From Rebecca billardiae RCC1528 (Eukaryota; Protista; Haptophyta), in contig OZ251246.1 in NCBI GenBank assembly GCA_965240325.2, positions 992,001 to 1,056,000 of the forward strand: DNA of 64,000 nt, read 5' to 3'. Of the stretch, positions 12,201 to 21,859 are shown piece after piece. The notes under the pieces were generated by a model, which was not told where the DNA came from, did no database searches, and worked only from the letters and a program-made list of their open reading frames with translations. The translations under genes and the position numbers were made by a program. Each line of letters begins with the position of its first letter. Within the stretch, counting starts at the first letter, position 1.

Positions 12201-13694
12201 CGCCTCGCCGCCGCGCCCGCGCCCGCCGCGCCCGCCGCACGCGCGCGCGCGCCCCGCGCTGCCCGCGCGCAGCTGCTGGGGCGTCTCTTCAAGTACTGCC
12301 TCTTCCACCGGCGGCTGTCCACCATCTCGTCGATCGTGTTCAACGCGCGCAACGACCTCGTCTACTTCTTCATCCTCTTCTCGCTGATCTCGCTCGCGTT
12401 CGGCGTGGCGGGGACGATGCTCTTCGGCTCGACGAACGCGAACTTCCGCACGCTCGGTGCGTCGGTGCGCACGCTGCTGCTCGTACTGCTCGGAGAGTTC
12501 GACCCGACCGAGTACGGCGCCCAGCCCGAGCTGCCGCAGCTGGGCTTGGCCTTCTTCTGGCTGTACATCATCATCTCCTTCCTGCTGCTGCTCAACGTGC
12601 TGCTCGCCGTCGTGATCGACGCGTTCATCCTGGCCAAGGCTGAGGCGGGCGACGAGCCCGCGCTCGCGGAGGTGGCGCGCGACCTCGCCGTCAACGCGGC
12701 GCACGACATGAGCGCAGCGCTGCGCGCGGTGCGCAGGCCGGCGCGCGCGCTGGCGCGCAAGGGGCTCGCGCGCGTGCGCCCCGCTGCCGCCGCCGCCGCC
12801 GCCGCGTCGTCGGCGCAGCCCGCCCCGCGGCCGCTCGGCGCCCAGACCGGCTCGGAGGCCAACCTGTGGAGCAGCCACCGGCGCCGCCGCTCCCTCGCGC
12901 CCCGCTGCCAGCCGCTCACAGAGGAGAGACAGTCCGAGCTGATCGCAAAGCTCGCGGACGAGGCGGGCACCTCAATCGACGACGCGCAGATCGCGCGGCT
13001 GCTGCTGAGCGAGCACGACGCGCTGCTCACCAAGGGGACGCACCTCACGCTCGCCGACCTGACCGAGCTGTTCGGCGCCGTCACCGCCACCAAGGTGATG
13101 AGCAAGTACGGCCAGCTCTCCGCGCCCGGCACGGCGGGCGCCGAGGGCGGCGTGCTGCCTGAGCTGGGCGGCGGCGCGACGCAGCTGCCGTTCGAGCTGT
13201 CGGTCTCGCGTGCGCTCGTGCGGATTGGCCGAGGCGTCGAGCGCGTGAACGACGCGCAGCACCGGCTGCTGCAGTCGCCAGCCATCAGCGCTTCGCCCGA
13301 GCACTGGAGTGGCGTCTTCACGCGCTGGCTGGCCACGCGTGCCCTGCTGCCCGCAGAGCCCGGAGGCGCGGGCGGCGCCGCGCCGGGCGGCCCGCGCGCG
13401 CCGGCGGTCGAGCAGACGCACCACGCCTTCCTCGGTGCGCTGGCCGCGGCCGGGGGCGCGGATGTGCTGCGCGCCGCCGGAGGTGCCGGGCCACGCCCGT
13501 ACCGTCGACCGTCGTCCGCCACGGCGCGCGTCGGCGGCGGCGGCGGCGGGCCGGGCGGAGCGATCTGCGATCTGGCGGCCGCGTGTGCGGCGTCGCCGCC
13601 GCCGCGGCGGCCGCCACCATCCGCAGCACCGGCGCTGGCGGCGGCACCGCGGGCTGGCGGCACCGCCGGCCCGCCTGCTGATGCGAGTATATAA
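9263..13694 (+). CDS. Polycystin-2 (PKD2/TRPP)-like cation channel, 3 exons
   Basis: Exons 9263-11005, 11284-11976 and 12273-13694 (GT-AG, in frame). TM1 is FLAYVAFMAITAVFV. TOP-domain-like stretches are GALMVWQGR and DGWLGHATEEVIVALNVYNGN. The S5-pore-S6 region is DLVYFFILFSLISLAFGVAGTMLFG..FRTL..LLLVLLGEFD..FFWLYIIISFLLLLNVLLAVVIDAF. Confidence 0.85.
11085..11161 (+). repeat. Interstitial telomere-like repeat (CCCTAA CCCTAG CCCTAA CCCTA) between two perfect 23-bp direct repeats, inside PKD2 intron 1
   Basis: CATCCACGGCCTCGCCCGGACTG occurs at 11085-11107 and 11139-11161, with telomeric hexamers at about 11112-11134. Confidence 0.9.
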
Positions 13695-13835
13695 TATTGG
13701 CGCTGACGATCGATGACGCGCGATGCGACGACGGCGCATTGTCGCCTTGTCGTCGTCATCAATGATTCGCGTCGTCATCATCACGACTCAGCTGTCAGCA
13801 CGTTCACGACTACGACTCGTGAGTCGTGACTTCAT

Positions 13836-14421
13836 CTAGAGGGGTCAGAGCCCCACTGGGCCGGGTGCGTGGCCCAAAATCCAACTTCGGCTGTCGTCTT
13901 GAGATGAGGCTCGATCTATCTCGTCAATAAACTTCGCGGCGGGATGGGCAATATTAATTCGCCTGAAATGCAAGCAGCTAGGGTACTCATATACGCTGAT
14001 GACAGCAAGTTTTGCGAAAAATTAAATGTCGTCACGCATATATCATACTGGCGCGGCGGAGATATACGACCTCAATCGGCTCGACGCGATCTCGGCAACA
14101 TTAGTAGGGGCGGACCGCGGAGATACACGACTCTCCAAGGTGATCTCGCTGCTATTTCAGTATTTGCACCGCCAGAATCCGGCACTGCTCAGTCTAGATC
14201 ATCACATTTTGATGGCGGCAGTCTGAAATTGGCACAGGCGGATTCTACACCCTGGTGAATTAAGCCATATATTAACTAACGCCTGTTAACTAGTTCGTCC
14301 AAGTAAATACCCATGTGACATCAGTTCATATGCTATAAGAGATATATATATATATATATTTCGGGAGATTGTGGCACCCGAAATAAGTGTCGTAACGGTC
14401 GGAGCCGTCTGACCCCACTGA
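13836..14421. mobile_element. AT-rich putative non-autonomous TIR element or TE relic (about 586 bp)
   Basis: Sharp drop in GC. Imperfect terminal inverted repeats CTAGAGGGGTCAGA (13836-13849) and TCTGACCCCACTGA (14408-14421). Flanking 8-mers GACTTCAT and GACATCAT match at 7 of 8 positions. Internal (TA)n and an ORF with a YADD motif. Confidence 0.4.
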
Positions 14422-14902
14422 GACATCATCATCCACGGTGACTCCCGTGAGTCCCGACTCGTGAGTCGTCAGTCGTCACGACTGACTGGCACCGTTGATG
14501 CGCTGCGCGATAGTTTAGTAGTACTTAACGATATGCGCGCTCATAAGTCATAGATCGAGTCAGAGCGAGTAGAGATGAGATAGCCAGAGCGAGAGGGCTC
14601 CGGCTCCGGTCCACCCCCCCCAGCTCCGTTACGTCTTGGCCCCGAGCCGAAGTCAACCAAGCGGACCATGCAAGGGGCTTACAAAATACCACTGGGCCTG
14701 GGGGCGACACACAGCTGTTGGATGCGAGGCTCCTGCGCATGAGCCGTTACGTCGCTCATGCGCAGCAGCGCCGCTCCTGCTGGCAGCGGCATAGCGGCTC
14801 ATGCTGCGGCGCGGCGCGTAGCGAGCAGCGGCGCGATGCCGATGTGTACACTGCCAGCGAGCGCCGCCGAGCTCGGCGGCGCCGCCGCAGGCCCGCGCGC
14901 GC

Positions 14903-16269
14903 TCAGGCCGCCTCCGCCTTGACTGAGGCGTACGCCCACTCGAGCCACGCGCACAGCGCGCGCAGGTCTGACTCCTCCACCGTGGCACCGCACCAGATGC
15001 GCAGCCCGGGCGGCGCCGATCGGTACGAGCCGATGTCGTACGCGACACCCTCTGCCTCCAGAAGCTTCTGCAGCTTCTTCACGCCTGCCGGCCGGCCGGC
15101 GTGGCGCGCGGATGGGCGCGGCGCGGCGCGCGGCGGGGGCGCTGCCGTCAGCCCTGCTGCTCGGCGCGCGGTGCGGTGCGCGGCCGCCGCGAGGCTCGGG
15201 CACCGCGCGGTGGTGCGCGCGCGCGCACCGTCTGCCGGCAGGTCGAGCGTGAGGCAGACCGACGTGTTCGAGCGGTGCGCCGGCTCGTCGCACAGGAAGT
15301 GCGCCCACTCGTTGGCCGCCACGAACTCCTCCACCGCCTTGAAGTTGGCCAGGGACTTGGCCACGAGCGCGCCCAGCCCGCCGAGGCCGCGCGCCCACTT
15401 GAGCGCGTCGAGGTAGTCCTCGACGCAGAGCATCGAGGGCGTGTTGATCGTCGCGCCGTCGAACATGTCGCGGATCAGCTTCCCGTCCTTCGTCAGCCGG
15501 AAGATCTTGGGCAGCGGCACGGTCGGCGTGTACGACTCGAGCCGCTGCACGGCGCGCGGGCCGAGGATCAGCATGCCGTGCGCGCCCTCGCCGCCGAGCA
15601 CCTTCTGCCACGAGAAGGTGATCACGTCCATCTTGCGCCACGGCAGCATGTCCATCGCGAAGATCGCGCTCGTCGCGTCGCAGATCGTCAGCCCCTCGCG
15701 ATCGTCCGAGATCCAGTCGAGGTTGGGCACGCGCACGCCCGAGGTGGTGCCGTTGTACGTGAAGATGATGTCGTGCGACGGGTCGGTCTTGCTCAGGTCG
15801 GGGAGCAGGCCGTAGCGCTCGGAGGTGATGTTCGTCACGTCCTTGAGCTTGAGCTGCTTCACCGCGTCCGTGTACCACTCCTGCCGCGCGCGCGCGCGCC
15901 GAGCGAAGCAGCGTGAGGGCATGCGCGCCGCGCCGCGCGCGCCGCGCGCATGCGCGCCGCACTGCGCACCCCGCCGAAGGTCTCCCAGTGGCAGATGTCG
16001 ACGGGCCGCGGGCCGAGCATGCTCCACATCGCCATCTCCACCGCGCCCGTGTCCGACGCCGGCACGATCGCCACCAGGTAGTCCTCAGGCAGCCCGAGCA
16101 GCTCGTGTGTCTCCTTGATCGCCTGCGAGAGCTTGCCCTTGCCGAGAGTGGAGCGGTGCGAGCGGCCGGTCGCCGCGTCGCCAAGGGCGGCGAGGGTCCA
16201 ACCGGGCCGCTTCGGGCACGGGCCGGAGCCGAAGCTGGGGTTCGCGGGCTTGGCGGCAGGCTTCTGCAT
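14903..16269 (-). CDS. serC: Phosphoserine aminotransferase (Methanosarcina/alphaproteobacterial-type SerC), 3 exons
   Basis: [68 protein letters not shown]-lysine [40 protein letters not shown]. Introns at 15969-15881 and 15228-15085. Confidence 0.93.
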
Positions 16270-16446
16270 CGCGTGTCCAGGGACGCCCTCCGCTCGGCGA
16301 GGTGACGAACGATCGGCCGCGGCTGCGTCAAATGCAAAGCACGTGGACGCGAATTTCGGGTTTATTCTTCGCCCTCTGCGTTCGTGGTTGCCACGAGAGC
16401 TGGCGCGCTACAGTGGTTCAAGGAGGCAGCTGGACCACCCCTCGAC

Positions 16447-16564
16447 AGCTACGGCCATAGGTGCACGAAAACACCGGATCCCATCCGAACTCCGAAGTTA
16501 AGCGTGTAACCGGGAAGGTAGTAGTCCGGTGGGGGACCACGGGCGAAGTCTTCCTGCTGTAGTT
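16447..16564 (+). rRNA. 5S ribosomal RNA (single copy in this window)
   Basis: 5' AGCTACGGC pairs with 3' GCTGTAGTT. It contains CCGGATCCCATCCGAACTCCGAAGTTAAGC (box A region) and GTAGTA..GGTGGGGGACCAC (box C region). About 118 nt, followed by a T-run. Confidence 0.95.
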
Positions 16565-16575
16565 TTGTCACTTTT
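16563..16575 (+). terminator. RNA polymerase III terminator T-runs of the 5S gene
   Basis: TTTT at 16563-16566 and again at 16572-16575, directly after the 5S 3' end. Confidence 0.6.
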
Positions 16576-16855
16576 GGCCGTGCGTGATACATACCCATAC
16601 CCTACATACTTTACCACAATCACTTAATTAATCTCGCCTGCCTGAGCTGTGTGCGTCTCTTATTCTTAGTAACTGTACCCCAGGCCCAGCGCCACCTGCT
16701 CACTCACCTGCTGCACTCATCAGTGTTCTGTGTTCACGTCGTAGAGTGCACGTGCTCGCTGCCCCCAGTGCCCCCCACTGTAGTACATCGTGCTGCAGGT
16801 GCCGCGTGATCACCACGGCGGGCAGCTCAGCAGCACTGGCGTCTACTGTCGTCGA

Positions 16856-17875
16856 CTAGAATTCAGAGCCGTCATCGATCAACTCCGGGTCGACTGCCAC
16901 AGCGACCGCAATCTCATTGCGGCGCACGTGCGGCAGCGTGTACGGCGGGTTGTACTGCAGCACCACCACCTCGGCGTCGTCCGCCGCGACGGGCGCGGCG
17001 GAGGGCTCGGTCGTAGGCTGGGCGAGCCGCACGCCATCGGCGGCCAGCGCATCGAGGAGGCGCGTGCGTGCGCGCGACACCGCCCCCTTGGTCGCCACGC
17101 CAGGGAAGCGCGCGACCGCGCATACGCGCGCGCCGACGGTGCGCAGGCGCACGTCCGCGCTGTTCGGCGCGGGCAGGCCCGTCAGCGCCTCGCTGCGCCC
17201 GACGTAGAAGGCCATCGTCTCGCCCTCGGCCGAGGAGCGCGTCTCGACCGGCATAGTCATCGCCATGGCCTCGCCTGCCGAGTTCCCGCCGAAGAGGTAG
17301 GAAGCCAGCCGCCCAAACCCGCCGGCGTCGCCAGAAAACTCGGTCTCCGACGAGGCGGCGGTCTCGCCGCCGTCGCGCATGGTGGTCTCGGCGACGGCGT
17401 ACGGCTCGTACCGCCGCAGCTCGTACGCGATGGGCCGATCCGGCCCCGCCGCCACCGTGCGCACCACCTCGTACGCCGGCTGCTCCAGCCCCGGGTCCTC
17501 GCGGAAGACGTTGCTCAGCTCGGAGAGCAGCTCCTCGGGCGAGGGCAGGCTGGTGGGCGGCGGCATGCTCGCGGGCGTGGTGGTGGCGGGGCTCGGCCGG
17601 CTGGACGTCAGCGCGGCGCGCAGCGCGGGGAGCGCCTCGGGCAGCAGGTCCTCCGTCACCTGCCGCCGCATCTCGCGCACGCTGTCCACGTCCGTGCGGA
17701 GGGCGTCGCTCACAAAGCGATCGCCCTCGTCCGGCAGCGCCTTGAGCGTGTCGAGCAGGAGGATCTCGCGCAGCGCGGGCGTGGTCGTGGGGCTGAGGAT
17801 CTGCGACACCCGCTGCTGGAGGGTGAGGGGCTGCTGCGTCGCGCCGAGGGCCGCCACCGCCGTGAGCGCGAGCAT
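16856..17875 (-). CDS. SOUL heme-binding family protein with N-terminal signal peptide (probably plastid-targeted)
   Basis: LEQPAYEVV, YELRRYEPYAVAET, GFGRLASYLFGGN, MAMTMPV, VARFPG, LQYNPPYTLPHVRRNEIAV. Hydrophobic N-terminus MLALTAVAALGA. Confidence 0.9.
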   Translation of the reverse strand: MLALTAVAALGATQQPLTLQQRVSQILSPTTTPALREILLLDTLKALPDEGDRFVSDALRTDVDSVREMRRQVTEDLLPEALPALRAALTSSRPSPATTTPASMPPPTSLPSPEELLSELSNVFREDPGLEQPAYEVVRTVAAGPDRPIAYELRRYEPYAVAETTMRDGGETAASSETEFSGDAGGFGRLASYLFGGNSAGEAMAMTMPVETRSSAEGETMAFYVGRSEALTGLPAPNSADVRLRTVGARVCAVARFPGVATKGAVSRARTRLLDALAADGVRLAQPTTEPSAAPVAADDAEVVVLQYNPPYTLPHVRRNEIAVAVAVDPELIDDGSEF

Positions 17876-18058
17876 GATTCACGTCCGTGGTCAGACGCCC
17901 TGGCCCCGTCTGTCGTCGGCTGAGGCTTCCAGAGCCTTCGGCCGTTGGCACTCGGAAGTCAAGTGGGCTCGCGCGGCACAGGGGGCGCAAGCACTGCATC
18001 CCATCGCTGCGCACTCGGCGGGCTCCGGCCGCGGGCGACATCACCGGCCATCTCTGCC

Positions 18059-18553
18059 ATGCGCGACAGCGAGCTTCGGCGGCACACGTTCTCGCCGGTG
18101 AGATGGGCTGCCACCATCGTGGCGATGACGGCGAGTGCCGACGCTTTCGCTCCGATGCGGATCACTCGCGCGCATCGGCCAAGCCCCGACCGCGCGACCC
18201 AGCGCAGCGCCTTCTCAGCTCCGGGACGGCAAAGCGTCATCGCTTCATCGAGCGCGCCGGATGTGGAGATAATCGTCTGTACCGACTCGCTGTGTGACTC
18301 GCTGGGCGCGGAGCAAGTGCTGCAGCAGCTGCGCGAGCGCTCGCCCGTTCGCGTGTGCAGCTCAGGCTGCCTGGGACGGTGCGGCATGGGCGTGCAGATC
18401 TGCGTGGAGAATATGGCCACCGGCGGCAGCGCGCTGGTGGAGTCGGTGGATGACGCACTTGGCGTGGTGGAGGAGTGCTTGCAGGCCTCTCAGGCTCAGC
18501 CCGTGGCCACCGCCGCGGCCACCGCCGCGGGCGGCGATGACCGCCACAGTTGA
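18059..18553 (+). CDS. Thioredoxin-like [2Fe-2S] ferredoxin domain protein with bipartite plastid-type leader
   Basis: IIVCTDSLCDSLGA...SGCLGRCGMG has the Cx4C...Cx3C pattern. The leader WAATIVAMTASADAFAP resembles the ASAFAP cleavage motif. The start codon is chosen by inference. Confidence 0.75.
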   Translation: MRDSELRRHTFSPVRWAATIVAMTASADAFAPMRITRAHRPSPDRATQRSAFSAPGRQSVIASSSAPDVEIIVCTDSLCDSLGAEQVLQQLRERSPVRVCSSGCLGRCGMGVQICVENMATGGSALVESVDDALGVVEECLQASQAQPVATAAATAAGGDDRHS

Positions 18554-18867
18554 CTGCATCCTGATCCGCTCACGTCGATCATCGTCAGTCATCCTTGCCT
18601 TTGATCATGATGAGAGTCGTCTTCCGCAAATCGCCTCTGCGTCGCGGAATGATTGATGCAACACTTGCAGCAACTAATCGCTACTGGGTATTGTACTCAC
18701 ATGTTTTACTCCCATGACTCCATGAGCAACCGCCCACCGAAGAAGCCATGTCGATGATCAATCGCCAAATTAAAGTTGTGCACTTGTGCTCAGGCAAACG
18801 CGCCAAACGGGAGGAATCGGTGCCGCCCGGGCCGGTCGTCACACGTCAGAGGGCGCGCGCGGGCACA

Positions 18868-19656
18868 ATGTCGGCCGCCGCCAGCTCGGCGACGCCGCTC
18901 TTGGCTGGATTTATTGCAGGAACCGTCGTGGCCTCGCTGGTGGCATGGCTCATCGTGCGCCCGCCGCGCAGACGTCAAGCTTGGCTGGCCTCCTCGGTGC
19001 CGGCCGCAACGTCGCCGCCGGTCCCGGCCGCGCAGTCGACGGGCGAGCTCGCGGCTCTCACAGACCGCGTGCTACGGCCGCCTCTCCCAGATGTCGTCGC
19101 GCGCATGCTCGAATCAGCCTCGCTCGCGTACCTCACCACATCAACCATCGACCCGGGCGGTGAGTCCAGCCCGCACGTCTCGCTCATGCGCTTCTCCTAC
19201 CTCTCCGACGAATCGGTGATTGTGATCTCGACGGCCAAGAAGACCAAAAAGTACCTGCAGATGAAGCGGTCGCCGCAGGTGGCGATGCTCGTGCACGACT
19301 TCCCCAACGCCGGGCGAGGCGCTGAGCCCGTCGAGCCGGGCGAACGCCCCGCCGCCAGCGGCGCCACCGTCTCCATCACCCTGAACGGCCTGGCTGTGAT
19401 CGAGGAGGGGCCAGAGGCGGAGCGGCACCGCGCGCTGCACCTGCAGGCGAACCCGGGGTACGAGCAGTTCATCGTGGGCGAGAACATCGCGATCGTCGCC
19501 ATCTTCGTGCACACAGCGCGCATCTGCAACGTGCGCGACGAGGTGCAGCACTGGTACGCGGGGCAGGGCGACAGCACGGCAGCCTCGCCACGCGCGACTC
19601 CGACAAGCGCCAGGCGCCTGCCTGGCAGCGCGCCGCCTGGCAATGTGACGCGATGA
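18868..19656 (+). CDS. Pyridoxamine 5'-phosphate oxidase-like FMN-binding protein with N-terminal TM anchor
   Basis: LAYLTT..PHVSLMRFSY..IVIST.KKTKKY..M..SPQVAMLVHDF..SITLNG.A is a split-barrel pattern. TM segment LLAGFIAGTVVASLVAWLIV. Confidence 0.8.
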   Translation: MSAAASSATPLLAGFIAGTVVASLVAWLIVRPPRRRQAWLASSVPAATSPPVPAAQSTGELAALTDRVLRPPLPDVVARMLESASLAYLTTSTIDPGGESSPHVSLMRFSYLSDESVIVISTAKKTKKYLQMKRSPQVAMLVHDFPNAGRGAEPVEPGERPAASGATVSITLNGLAVIEEGPEAERHRALHLQANPGYEQFIVGENIAIVAIFVHTARICNVRDEVQHWYAGQGDSTAASPRATPTSARRLPGSAPPGNVTR

Positions 19657-19786
19657 TTAGAGGCGGACCGGCACATATAAATAATGCTATATACTGTCAG
19701 GTGCCAGCAGCAGCATATTATTCAGGACGACTGCTGCTCATCATTATTATATATATATAGTCTACCGTCGCCGCCGCGTGCCCCAG

Positions 19787-20431
19787 GCCGAGGCGGTGCT
19801 CCATCCCGGCCCCGCTCCCGTAGGGGGGCAGGGCTGCGGGTGGCGCACTGTCTGACCTGGACGGAAGGCGCGGACGCATTCTATGTGTCTGTTGCACTCT
19901 GAGCCTGACGCTTGTCCGATGCTGCCACGTCGTTAAATATAGTCTAACGTATGATATATTCGGGCACTATAGACTGATTGCCACGCCCAGATCAGCATTA
20001 TCACAGATTATTGCCTTCATGCCATCGCCGCTGCGCCTGCCCCAGCCCCATTTGCCATTGGCATTAGGGCCAGGGTCAGGCCGCCGAGGCGGTGCTCCGT
20101 CCCACTTCCAGCCCCACGGGGCAGGGCTGCGGGTGGCGCACTGCCTAACCTGGTCCGTGGGATCCCGGGAAGGCGCGGACGCATTCTATGTATGTGTCTG
20201 CTGCACTCGCCTCGGACGCCAGGGCCCGTTGCATGCCACGTCGTTAATTATAATGAATGAGTATGTAGTCTAATATTAGTGTCATCTGTCTGCCGGATAA
20301 AACATATATATATATATATATAACGACGTGGCATGCAACGGGCAAGCGCCCACGGGCTCAGAGTGAAGCAGACACATAGAAAGCGTCCGCCGCCTTCCGA
20401 CCAGGTCAGGCAGTGCGCCACCCGCAGCCCT
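19787..20431. repeat. Three diverged copies of a ~110-165 bp unit (two direct, one inverted) associated with TA tracts
   Basis: The core GGGCTGCGGGTGGCGCACTG..ACCTGG..GGAAGGCGCGGACGCATTCTATG..GCCACGTCGTTAA occurs at 19787-19936 and 20083-20247, with a reverse-complement copy at 20321-20431. Confidence 0.85.
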
Positions 20432-20847
20432 AGTATATGTAAAAATCCATAGCTGCTAAATAATGTTTGCCCCGGCGTATGGCGCCTTTATTCCCAGTGC
20501 TGATGAGCATGAGTCTCAGATGATGACGCCGCCGCCGCCGCCGACGACGACGACTTTGAACTTCGCGACTCCGAGAGGCGAGAGCGCTGCCGGGCGACGT
20601 GTGGCCTGTGCACCCGGACGCACGCACGGGGACAGCCATGCACAGCTTTGGACTCTCCTGATATGTCAAGGTTTCCAAAAAGAATAACACTGCAGGGCGC
20701 CTTTCGGCCTTTCGCGTCCGCATCATTTTATCGTCACACACCGATATTTTCGTTTCCGAAACAGAACGCGGTCTTTTCGTCGCTGCTGCCGAAGCACTTT
20801 TGATGCCAGCCCCGCACCGGGCTGACGTGCGCCAACTTCGCTGCACG

Positions 20848-21483
20848 ATGCCGATGGGCTGGGTTCCGAAGGATCGGCTGTCGTCTCCGGCCCGCGAGAA
20901 GAAGCGCGCGACGACGCCAAGCACGAGCACGAGCACCAAGACGAAGTCACCGAAGCGCCCAAAGCTCGCCGACGGCCTCTACCCAAAGCCCCCCGGTCGT
21001 GTGCCGAAGGGCAAGACATGGGACGCGACTGCAGGCGAATGGGTCCAGGCGCCGGAAGACAGCGCGCGAAAGCCTCCTGTCAAGGCCGCCGCACCCAACG
21101 GCAAGGTGAAGCGGCCGCCAGGTCGGGCTCCGAAGGGCAAGGTGTGGGACGGCGCCGAAGGCAAATGGGTGGACGACGAGCAGCCGCGGGCGGAGACCCC
21201 GCCAAAGCCAGCGGCACATCAGAAGGCGCCCAAGAAGGGCAGCACGGCTGCCAAGTCGGCTGCCGAGGGCAAGCCGAGCCCCAAGGCGCCAGCGCACGGC
21301 GGCACCACGGGCAAAGGGCCGACGCCAAGCGCGAAGCAGACGGGGGCATCTTCGGCCGATCTGGCCGCCGCCAATCTTGCGAATTGGAGGGCAGTGTGGG
21401 GCAAGGCGGCCATCGGCGCCGGGGCGTGCACTGCAGTCGGCATTGCCGCCATCGCCGCTGTCACTGCCGTCTCCCGCATGTAA
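20848..21483 (+). CDS. Lys/Pro-rich protein with two (K/R)PPGRxPKGKxWDxxxGxWV repeats and a C-terminal hydrophobic tail
   Basis: Repeats PKPPGRVPKGKTWDATAGEWV and KRPPGRAPKGKVWDGAEGKWV. C-terminus AAIGAGACTAVGIAAIAAVTAV. Coding-like codon use. The start is uncertain. Confidence 0.7.
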   Translation: MPMGWVPKDRLSSPAREKKRATTPSTSTSTKTKSPKRPKLADGLYPKPPGRVPKGKTWDATAGEWVQAPEDSARKPPVKAAAPNGKVKRPPGRAPKGKVWDGAEGKWVDDEQPRAETPPKPAAHQKAPKKGSTAAKSAAEGKPSPKAPAHGGTTGKGPTPSAKQTGASSADLAAANLANWRAVWGKAAIGAGACTAVGIAAIAAVTAVSRM

Positions 21484-21859
21484 TATTGTAACCGTCGCAT
21501 ATCGCCCAATATATGGCGCGGATGCATGATATGCTGTAGTGCTTATTACAGCGACGACGTATACTACGACGATATACTATAGCTATACGTCCGTCTCTTG
21601 ACTCTTAGCTGATGCCAGTCGATCAGGGCTCAGCGCAGTCATCACTGTCTGAGTGAGTAGTGTCTGTCACTAGCTAGTTGAGTGACTAGTTCTGCGCCGT
21701 AGACGTAGTGGTCTAGTAAGTGCGCAGTCGCACCGCACCTGAGATCGCGGTCCGCGATGAGCACCATGCACCACTCGCCATCGCGCCAGGCTGCCATGGT
21801 CTGGCATCTCGCAGTGGGCAGAGGCCATCCCCGGCCACAGGTGACAGGCCAGCGGCTCC

